Of a stretch of DNA of 10,620 bases, positions 1-6,131 are shown piece by piece. Location of the stretch: contig JBGQGY010000122.1 of the NCBI GenBank assembly GCA_041497675.1, positions 1 to 10,620 of the forward strand, read 5' to 3'. The position numbers were made by a program, and so were the translations under genes. The stretch is from a bacterium (GTDB taxonomy: Bacteria > Sysuimicrobiota > Sysuimicrobiia > Sysuimicrobiales > Humicultoraceae). How positions within the stretch are numbered: position 1 is the first letter of the stretch; each line of letters opens with the position of its first letter. The notes beneath the pieces were generated by a model. It was not told the DNA's origin, made no database searches, and saw nothing but the letters and a program-made list of their open reading frames with translations.

Positions 1-60
1 CTGGTCATGGACTCACCGGCACTGGTCGCGGGTTGGGAGCGGCAGGTGACCGGCCGATGA
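1..60 (+). CDS. 3' end of an upstream CDS truncated by the window edge (...LVMDSPALVAGWERQVTGR*), product unknown
   Basis: Frame 1 is open from base 1 to TGA 58-60. This stop overlaps the next gene's ATG (57-59) as ATGA, the same coupling seen at 437-440. Confidence 0.6.
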   Translation: MVMDSPALVAGWERQVTGR

Positions 61-440
61 AGACCCAGGTCTTGCGGTCAGATCGCGATTTCGTGGCGCT
101 GCCGCTGGTCGAAGGCGGCGGCGAGGTGCGTGCGATCATCTGGCCGGGCATGGCGGCCCGCCATCGCTCCATGCACTACATCGCGCTGGCCGCCGGGGCT
201 CGAACCGTGCCGCACCGGCACCCGGATTCCGAAGCCGTCTACTACATGATCAGCGGCGAGGGCACGGTCCTCGATCTGGACACGGGCGCGACACACGCTG
301 TGCACGCCGGATCGGTTGTCTTCATGACGCCCGGCACCCGGTACCAGATTGCGGCGGCCCCAACCGCCGCAATGACCTGCGTCGGCGGGCCGTGCCCGCC
401 CGATCCCGCCCTGTACGAATCGATTGGAGGACACTCATGA
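57..440 (+). CDS. Cupin-domain protein (paralog of 1556-1927)
   Basis: Cupin motif 1 GARTVPHRHPDSEAVYYMISGEG and motif 2 GSVVFMTPGTRY. Start placed at ATG 57 (ATGA overlap, AGGTG upstream) rather than TTG 33. Confidence 0.85.
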   Translation: MKTQVLRSDRDFVALPLVEGGGEVRAIIWPGMAARHRSMHYIALAAGARTVPHRHPDSEAVYYMISGEGTVLDLDTGATHAVHAGSVVFMTPGTRYQIAAAPTAAMTCVGGPCPPDPALYESIGGHS

Positions 441-1189
441 AGGTTGTCGACCTGACACAGCCGTTCAGCATGCACACACCGGGATGGGTCGGATACCCAT
501 CTCCAAAGATCTCCTACTTCCAGCGGCATCACACGCACGGCATCGTCAGCCAGTACATCGAGACCCCGGTGCACATCAGCACGCACCTCGACGCCGAGAT
601 GCACATCAAGTCGGGAGGCAAGGACATCGCCAGCATCCCGATGGACGTGCTGGTTGGGGAGGGCGTCATCGTGGACCTGCGCGACGTCGTGAGTGATTGG
701 AGCCTGATCCGCCCCGAGCACATCACACGTAAGATGAAGGTCAAGGAAGGCGATATCCTCATCTACTGCACGGGCTACTGGCGTTACTACAACGGCTGTC
801 CGCAGGAAGACGAAGTCCGCTATTTCTGCAAGCATCCCGGAGGGGGCCGCGAGCTCGCCGAGTGGATCGTGAGCATGAAACTCAAGTGGTGGGGGTTTGA
901 TACCGGGTCGGCCGATCACCCGATGAACACCAGCATACGGTACAAGCGGCCCGACCTGGCCAGGGAGTACCAGCGGAGCACCGGCCGAGATCCCGAGCAC
1001 GAATACCCCGAACAGGATCTCTTCGTGATGCACCATGTGCCCTTCAACGCGGGGATCGTCCACGTCGAAAACGTCGGCGGCGACATCGAGCAGGTGCTGA
1101 ACCGCCGTTGCGTGATCGGCTGCTTCCCCTGGAAGTTCGTGGGCGGCGAGGCCAGTCTGTGCCGGGTGGTGGCGTTCCCCGATGCCTGA
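437..1189 (+). CDS. Cyclase-family (kynurenine formamidase/isatin hydrolase-like) metal-dependent hydrolase
   Basis: N-terminal VDLTQP, metal motif HISTHLDAEMH (family consensus HxGTHxDxPxH), GEGVIVDL, GDILI, GFDTGSAD, VENV and C-terminal GGEASLCRVVA. GGAGG RBS at 426-430 and ATGA overlap at 437-440. Confidence 0.9.
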   Translation: MKVVDLTQPFSMHTPGWVGYPSPKISYFQRHHTHGIVSQYIETPVHISTHLDAEMHIKSGGKDIASIPMDVLVGEGVIVDLRDVVSDWSLIRPEHITRKMKVKEGDILIYCTGYWRYYNGCPQEDEVRYFCKHPGGGRELAEWIVSMKLKWWGFDTGSADHPMNTSIRYKRPDLAREYQRSTGRDPEHEYPEQDLFVMHHVPFNAGIVHVENVGGDIEQVLNRRCVIGCFPWKFVGGEASLCRVVAFPDA

Positions 1190-1550
1190 GCGCAGCGCGC
1201 GTCCCGACATGCGTCTCGAATCGCTGGACAGCGTGCCCTGGGAAGAGGTCTATCCGGGCGTGCGGCGCCGTATCGTCGGCGCCGACCGGATGACGTTTAC
1301 GACATACCGGTTCGCGCCGGGTGGACGGTTTCCAAAACACAGCCACCCTCAGGAACAACTGGTGCTGGTGCAGGAAGGCCTGATGACGTTCACTTCTCCG
1401 GGTCAGACGGTGGCGTTGACGCCCGGCAGTCTGCTCGTCATTCCACCAAACGTTCCGCACGAAGCGAGGGCCGGCTCCGCCGGCGCCTCGCTGATAAGCG
1501 TGGTCGCGCCGGCGCGGCAGTCGACCACAGACTACGTCATCGAGGAGTAG
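1182..1550 (+). CDS. Cupin_2-type cupin-domain protein
   Basis: GGRFPKHSHPQEQLVLVQEG and GSLLVIPPNVPH give an intact His/His/Glu/His set. It overlaps the cyclase 3' end by 8 nt, and an alternative ATG lies at 1209. Confidence 0.85.
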   Translation: MPERSARPDMRLESLDSVPWEEVYPGVRRRIVGADRMTFTTYRFAPGGRFPKHSHPQEQLVLVQEGLMTFTSPGQTVALTPGSLLVIPPNVPHEARAGSAGASLISVVAPARQSTTDYVIEE

Positions 1551-1555
1551 CGACG

Positions 1556-1927
1556 ATGCCGGTGCGCGTGTTCGACTCAGCCACAGACGGGGTCCCCCTC
1601 CCCCTCATTTCACGACAGGCACGGCTGATCGTCTGGCCTGGATCGGGCGCGAAAATAGCGTCGATGAACCGGGTGGTTCTTGAACCGGGTGAGACGAACG
1701 TCCCGCATACGCACGCCGAGTCTGAGGATACAATCTTCGTCGTCGAAGGCCGCGGCTCCGTCCGCGACTTCGACCACGGCCTGGTGTTGCCGGTCGAAGC
1801 CGGCTGCGTGATCCACGTGCCCGAAGGCATCAAACACGCCGTCAGCGCCGAGACCCGCATGCTCAGTGTTGGCGGCCCCTGCCCGCCCGATCTGGCCATG
1901 CTCCGCGCCACCGGGGTCCTCAAGTAG
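1556..1927 (+). CDS. Cupin-domain protein (paralog of 57-440)
   Basis: PGETNVPHTHAESEDTIFVVEGRG and GCVIHVPEGIKH. GAGGAG RBS lies in the last codons of the previous gene. Confidence 0.87.
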   Translation: MPVRVFDSATDGVPLPLISRQARLIVWPGSGAKIASMNRVVLEPGETNVPHTHAESEDTIFVVEGRGSVRDFDHGLVLPVEAGCVIHVPEGIKHAVSAETRMLSVGGPCPPDLAMLRATGVLK

Positions 1928-2399
1928 CAACCCGCGCGCCCTTTCGACGCTCCGCCGCGTCAAGAACCCTCACGAAGATGTGGCTCCACCACTTCTCCAT
2001 CCCTTCGTCGCCGTGATCTCGCCACTCGGGTGGAAGCTGTCCGATCGCCCTGTGAATGAGCTGGAGACGGGTGACGTCGCCTTCCGCCGTCAACCTGCAC
2101 TGCAGGTGTGAGATGGCCGGAAACGACATGAAGACGGGCCCGCAGATTTCCAAGAGCTTGGGCGGCTTGATAACCTGCACGTGCCCCCAAAAGTGCCCCG
2201 TGTTGTTCCCAAGGTCCCGGTACCAGCGGCCGCCCGGCCACGCCTCGAGCGTCATCGGCAGCGGCGTATCCGGGGACGTTTCATGGTGCGGCCCGAGGTT
2301 CTCCAACAGCGTCTCGAACACCACCTCGATCGGCGCGGTGATCTTCTGTTCCCTCGTGATCTCGAGCGTGTGAATCGCTTGTTCTGCGGTGCGTGTCAC
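1920..2399 (-). CDS. SRPBCC/AHSA1-like (START-fold) ligand-binding protein
   Basis: LEITREQKITAPIEVVF...LEAWPGGRWYRD...WGHVQVIKPPKLLEI is typical of the family. The GTG start overlaps the ArsR stop (GTGA) and has an AAGGAGG RBS. Confidence 0.85.
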   Translation of the reverse strand: MTRTAEQAIHTLEITREQKITAPIEVVFETLLENLGPHHETSPDTPLPMTLEAWPGGRWYRDLGNNTGHFWGHVQVIKPPKLLEICGPVFMSFPAISHLQCRLTAEGDVTRLQLIHRAIGQLPPEWRDHGDEGMEKWWSHIFVRVLDAAERRKGARVAT

Positions 2400-2758
2400 G
2401 ACAATCCCTCCTTCTGATCTCTGGCTCGTTCTGCCATCTTGCGCTCTGCCCGCTCCTTGATGCGGTCGAGTTGGTGGGTCCAGAACCGCTCATAGGGCTT
2501 CACCCAGTCGTGCACGGGCTTCAGCTCCTGCGCGTTGAGTCGATACAACCGCTGCCGGCCGTGCTTGCTCACCGACACGATCCCGACCTGGCGCAGCACC
2601 CCGAGGTGCTTCGACACGGCCGGCTGGGGCATCCCCAGGGCTTTGACCAACGCCCCGACCGCATGCGCCCTGCCACCAGCGAGCACGCCGATGATCTCGC
2701 GCCGCCGGGGCTCAGCAATCGCGTTGAAGACATCCGTCGTGGTCGCGGCGCGTGGCAT
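2396..2758 (-). CDS. ArsR/SmtB-family winged-HTH transcriptional regulator
   Basis: DVFNAIAEPRRREII...QPAVSKHLGVLRQVGIVSVSKHGRQRLYRLN...FW..QLDRIKE. The real start is most likely ATG 2758 (MPRAATTTD), not 2902. ArsR-SRPBCC is a common gene pair. Confidence 0.92.
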   Translation of the reverse strand: MPRAATTTDVFNAIAEPRRREIIGVLAGGRAHAVGALVKALGMPQPAVSKHLGVLRQVGIVSVSKHGRQRLYRLNAQELKPVHDWVKPYERFWTHQLDRIKERAERKMAERARDQKEGLS

Positions 2759-2765
2759 CACGCTT

Positions 2766-2793
2766 ATTATATTCCCATATAAGCATATGTCAA
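2766..2793 (-). promoter_or_regulatory. Sigma70-type promoter for the arsR-SRPBCC pair, probably leaderless, overlapped by a candidate ArsR operator
   Basis: Minus strand reads TTGACA (2793-2788), 16 nt, TATAAT (2771-2766), 7 nt, ATG. The imperfect palindrome ATATTCCCATATAAGCATAT (2769-2788) is symmetric at 14 of 20 positions. Confidence 0.85.
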
Positions 2794-2813
2794 GAGGAGG
2801 GTTGGAGCGTGAA

Positions 2814-3182
2814 CTATCCGGCAGGCTCAAATAACTCCACCGGATTCCCATCAGGATCTTCCACCAGGATCTGCTTCCCGCCAGGGCCGACGACGATCTC
2901 ATTGCGAAAGCGGAGACCCGCCTGTTTCATCTCGGCGACCCGCGAGGGCAAGTCTTTCATTTCGAGGACGAGCCGGTTCCACCCACCGGGTTCTGGGCGG
3001 CGTCCGTCGGGCATGGGGCGAGCCGCCGAACTCTGCGGCCCGCTGAGCCATAGGATGAGGTCGTCCCGTGATACGCGGGCAAACGCCGGACCCATTTGCT
3101 GTTTCAGCGTAAAACCCAGGTGTTGTGTGTAGAACGCGATAGAACGATCAACGTCCTTGACGAGATATCTCACGGTTGCCAT
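2814..3182 (-). CDS. VOC-family (glyoxalase/bleomycin-resistance-like) protein
   Basis: VRYLVKDVDRSIAFYTQHLGF...GPGGKQILVEDPDGNPVELFEP. GGAGG/AGGAG RBS upstream. Confidence 0.92.
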   Translation of the reverse strand: MATVRYLVKDVDRSIAFYTQHLGFTLKQQMGPAFARVSRDDLILWLSGPQSSAARPMPDGRRPEPGGWNRLVLEMKDLPSRVAEMKQAGLRFRNEIVVGPGGKQILVEDPDGNPVELFEPAG

Positions 3183-3185
3183 CTC

Positions 3186-3239
3186 CTACGCCTCCGATCT
3201 GAAAACAGTGATCGTATAGCCCTGCTCTTTTACCTTCAC
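3186..3239 (-). other. Small ORF MKVKEQGYTITVFRSEA (17 aa), either a gene remnant or a leader peptide
   Basis: GGAGGAGG SD, then GTG (3239) to TAG (3188-3186). It is in frame with the VOC gene, with one codon between its TAG and the VOC ATG. Confidence 0.35.
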
Positions 3240-3279
3240 GCGTGTTCCTCCTCCGCGCCGGACTCGCATCCTCCGCTAC

Positions 3280-3828
3280 TCATGCAGGCTGGTAGCGAAG
3301 AATCACGACTCCTGACTTCAACGGCCTTGCCTCCAAGAGCCTCAGCTTCACGCGGTCTGGACCCATTTTGAACAGGGGACTCCCGCCACCCAGAATGAGC
3401 GGGTTGAGGCCGAGGCGGTATTCATCGATCAGGCCATGCCGCATAAGCGTTGAGGAAAGGTTGGCGCTCCCGAAGATAAACAAATCCTTGCCGGGTTCCC
3501 GTTTCAATTTGGCGACTTCCTCTTCGGCATTCCCCTTCACCAGCCTCGTATTGTGCCAGTCGGCTCGGTCCAGCGTCCTTGAGAAGACAATCTTAGAAAC
3601 ATTGTTCATGAAGTCGGCGATTTCGCCGGTGGCGGAGGACCAATAGCCGGCCATCCCATGGTAGGTCACGCGCCCGAACAGGAGCGCGCCGGTTGATTTC
3701 AACTGCTCGACTGAAAGCTGCTCCAGTTCTTCGCCCCACACGTACTCATGCCAGTCGATGTCCCAGCTCTTCGGCCCTTCAAAGAAGCCGTCAAGCGTCA
3801 TCATGTTCCACATGATTACTTTTCGCAT
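3280..3828 (-). CDS. Dihydrofolate reductase-like (RibD C-terminal domain) family protein
   Basis: MRKVI...MTLDGFFEGP, LLFGRVTY, KIVFSRTL, GKDLFIFGSANL, LIDEYRL..NPLILGGGSPLF, SGVVILRY. Confidence 0.92.
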   Translation of the reverse strand: MRKVIMWNMMTLDGFFEGPKSWDIDWHEYVWGEELEQLSVEQLKSTGALLFGRVTYHGMAGYWSSATGEIADFMNNVSKIVFSRTLDRADWHNTRLVKGNAEEEVAKLKREPGKDLFIFGSANLSSTLMRHGLIDEYRLGLNPLILGGGSPLFKMGPDRVKLRLLEARPLKSGVVILRYQPA

Positions 3829-3878
3829 TGCGTCACTCCCAGGAGAAACAACTGTTTACTCACGAGTGTCTCGACCAT
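3816..3878 (-). other. Small ORF MVETLVSKQLFLLGVTQCEK (20 aa), possible gene remnant
   Basis: GGAGGGG SD, then ATG (3878) to TAA (3818-3816). It overlaps the start of the downstream RibD_C gene out of frame. Confidence 0.25.
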
Positions 3879-3905
3879 TGAACGCCCCTCCGACTCCCGC
3901 CTGGG

Positions 3906-4463
3906 CTAGTTTCTTGCAGGCTCGTAGCAGAGCAGGACGACTCCAACGCTCAACGTTTTGGTCTTGACGAGCTTCAGCTTCGTCGCTACCATCCCATCTT
4001 TGAAGAAACGCTTTCCACTCCCCATGACAATAGGATGTACCAAGAAACGATACTCATCGATAAGATCACCTTCCATGAGCGACCGGACAAGGGTCGGACT
4101 ACCGGTGATGAGAATGTCCCGACCGGGCTGCTGTTTGAGCTTGGTGATTTCTTCCACAACACTTTCTTTGATAATTGTTGAATTGTTCCACTGCGCGTTC
4201 TTCAGCGTTGACGAGACGACATGTTTGGGCATGCTGTTTAGCTTGCTCGCCGGTCCCATGTCGTCATTCTTCTGGTGGGGCCAATAAGACGCCAGCATCT
4301 CATACGTCACCCGTCCAACGAGAAGCGCATCCGACCCATGAATCATCTCTGTGATGTATGCTGCCCGCTCATCGCTGTGATAAGGATTAAACCACACGTC
4401 CATGCTACCCGCGTCAAGAACCCCATCCAACGTGACCCACTCAGAAACAATGAGCTCCCTCAT
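3906..4463 (-). CDS. Dihydrofolate reductase-like (RibD C-terminal domain) family protein, second copy
   Basis: MRELIVSEWVTLDGV, LLVGRVTYE, PKHVVSSTL, GRDILITGSPTLV, LIDEYRFLVHPIVMGSGKRFF. GAGGAG RBS and ATGA overlap with the upstream gene. Confidence 0.92.
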   Translation of the reverse strand: MRELIVSEWVTLDGVLDAGSMDVWFNPYHSDERAAYITEMIHGSDALLVGRVTYEMLASYWPHQKNDDMGPASKLNSMPKHVVSSTLKNAQWNNSTIIKESVVEEITKLKQQPGRDILITGSPTLVRSLMEGDLIDEYRFLVHPIVMGSGKRFFKDGMVATKLKLVKTKTLSVGVVLLCYEPARN

Positions 4464-5059
4464 CTTATCAACTCCTCAACCGAGGATACCTTCGCCAGGG
4501 CCTTCGGGGCGTACAGGCGACCCTTCTGGTACTTCTGGTGCGCGCTAAACAGCGTCCGTTCGATATCTCTCGCGTTGACATTGAACTCCTTCGCGAAGTG
4601 CCGAAGGATCGTCAGAAATTCATGCCAGTCGTTGAAACCGAAGCCGACGCCCGCCGGCTTCTTCGTCACCGCACCGATGGCGTGAAGGAGTTGCCAGACG
4701 CGAATGTCCATGACGCCATAGCGCCGCGGATTGACGAGCGTCAGGATCGACGAGGCCATCGGAACCGAAACACCCCGTAGTGCCATGAGCTCCTCAAGAC
4801 GACGGCGCTCGTTTCTCGTCGAGAGAGCTCGGCGCGTAGCGGTGCGGATCTGCGAGGCGCTGTTGCTCCTGATGTGGTGAATCGCCCGCGCCGACTTCCA
4901 GAGGCAGACCGCTTCCAACTCGCCTCGTGTGAGATAGCCACGCGCGCGCACCGGGCGTAACCGTCGAATCAGGCCTATAGTCTCCTCGTTTTCCTCAGTG
5001 GACAGGAAGGCTCTAATCAAGAGTGAGGTCGTTTGATAAGGAATCCTCTTGAGCCCCAT
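4460..5059 (-). CDS. Hypothetical protein with helix-hairpin-helix (HhH-GPD DNA glycosylase-like) features
   Basis: LMALRGVSVPMASSIL resembles an HhH motif and is followed by YGVMDIRV, with Asp at the GPD-equivalent position. AAAGG SD upstream, and coupled to the downstream gene. Confidence 0.6.
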   Translation of the reverse strand: MGLKRIPYQTTSLLIRAFLSTEENEETIGLIRRLRPVRARGYLTRGELEAVCLWKSARAIHHIRSNSASQIRTATRRALSTRNERRRLEELMALRGVSVPMASSILTLVNPRRYGVMDIRVWQLLHAIGAVTKKPAGVGFGFNDWHEFLTILRHFAKEFNVNARDIERTLFSAHQKYQKGRLYAPKALAKVSSVEELIR

Positions 5060-5085
5060 GGCGCCTTTCGCGTGGCAGTGTCATC

Positions 5086-5095
5086 ATGATAAGAT
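5086..5095. promoter_or_regulatory. Candidate overlapping divergent -10 elements
   Basis: Plus strand has the extended -10 TGA-TAAGAT (5087-5095) 7 nt before the lysE ATG. Minus strand has TATCAT (5091-5086) pointing at the HhH gene. Confidence 0.45.
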
Positions 5096-5102
5096 CGCCA
5101 AC

Positions 5103-5738
5103 ATGATACACGGACTCGCGGCCTTCATCGCGCTTGCGACCCTGCTCGTCATCACACCGGGTCCCGACATGGCGCTCGTGACGAAGAACGCCCTCCTCCG
5201 TGGCCGTACTGCCGCAGTCTTCACCGCGCTCGGTATCAACGCGGGTATCGCGGTTTGGACGGTGGCCGCCGCTCTTGGCGTCGCCACCATCCTGCGCGCC
5301 TCGGCGCCGGCATTCATGGCGCTCAAGATCCTTGGGAGCGTTTACTTAATCTATCTCGGGTTGCAGGCATTCGGGCTCTTCCAGAGGCGCGGAAAGCCGC
5401 AGAGCGAAATAGCTCCTGCACGCGCCGAGAGCTCCGCCGGCGGAGGGGCCCCTTTCCGGCAGGGTCTCCTGAGCAACCTGTTCAACCCGAAGATCGGCGT
5501 GTTCTTCACGAGTTTCATCCCGCAGTTCATCACACCCGGCGACTCCGTCTTTGTGCGCGTGCTCCTGCTGGGCGTGATCTTCAACGCCATGGGCCTGCTC
5601 TGGCTCTCCGGCTATGCACTCCTCGTGAGCAGAGCCGGTGGCATTCTCCGCAGACCGCACGTCAAGACTGTCTTCGAGTGGCTCACCGGTTGCGTCCTGA
5701 TCGGGTTCGGCATCAGGCTCGCCACCGAGCGACGCTAA
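5103..5738 (+). CDS. LysE/RhtB-family amino-acid exporter
   Basis: LLVITPGPDMALV, ILGSVYLIYLG and FRQGLLSNLFNPKIGVFF motifs plus several hydrophobic helices. ATG 5103 is preferred as the start. Confidence 0.93.
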   Translation: MIHGLAAFIALATLLVITPGPDMALVTKNALLRGRTAAVFTALGINAGIAVWTVAAALGVATILRASAPAFMALKILGSVYLIYLGLQAFGLFQRRGKPQSEIAPARAESSAGGGAPFRQGLLSNLFNPKIGVFFTSFIPQFITPGDSVFVRVLLLGVIFNAMGLLWLSGYALLVSRAGGILRRPHVKTVFEWLTGCVLIGFGIRLATERR

Positions 5739-5760
5739 TACCATAGATGAGGGGGTCCAC

Positions 5761-6126
5761 ATGCGATACGTTGACGGATATGTCTTAGCCGTAAGAAAGA
5801 AGAACCTGGGAGCCTACCGCCAGATGGCGCAGAGGGCGGCGAAGGTCTGGCGAAAGCACGGCGCCCTCCAGTACTTTGAGTGTGTCGGCGACGACCTCAA
5901 TCCAAAGTGGGCTACGATCACCTTTCGGCGAACGGTCAGAGCCAAGCCCGGCGAGACGGTGATTTTCTCCTTCGTCGTCTTCAAGTCGCGCGCGCATCGT
6001 GCCCGCGTCAACGCCAAGGTAATGAGAGTCCCGCTCATGAACGATCCGGCGTACAAGGACAAACCGATGCCCTTCGACATGAAACGCATGGTCTACGGCG
6101 GGTTCAAGACCATCGTCCAAGCCTAA
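5761..6126 (+). CDS. DUF1428 (YbaA-like) family protein
   Basis: YVDGYVLAV...HGAL.YFECVGDD...ETVIFS...MPFDMKRMVYGGF. GAGGGGG RBS. Confidence 0.9.
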   Translation: MRYVDGYVLAVRKKNLGAYRQMAQRAAKVWRKHGALQYFECVGDDLNPKWATITFRRTVRAKPGETVIFSFVVFKSRAHRARVNAKVMRVPLMNDPAYKDKPMPFDMKRMVYGGFKTIVQA

Positions 6127-6131
6127 CACCG

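Noticed and set aside
437..1189. Idea that the cyclase deformylates a thiamine breakdown product and so links to the thiamine operon
   Set aside because: It lies on the opposite strand about 5 kb away, is separated by unrelated genes, and shares no visible regulation. Proximity is the only support.
242..1210. 322-aa minus-strand ORF
   Set aside because: It is the antisense shadow of the cyclase and cupin genes. It has no recognisable motifs, and long shadow ORFs are expected at high GC.
2821..3922. The same heptamer GCAGGCT near the 3' ends of three consecutive genes (2821, 3284, 3916)
   Set aside because: It is explained by similar C-terminal residues (E/Q-P-A) and by homology of the two RibD_C genes. 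It is too short to call a recombination site.
6121..6131. GCCTAAC at the DUF1428 stop, matching the integron attC inverse core RYYYAAC, so the small-gene patch might be a cassette array
   Set aside because: It occurs once, with no room for an attC before the ykoC stop. The other spacers lack paired core sites, the genes are in mixed orientation, and no integrase is present.
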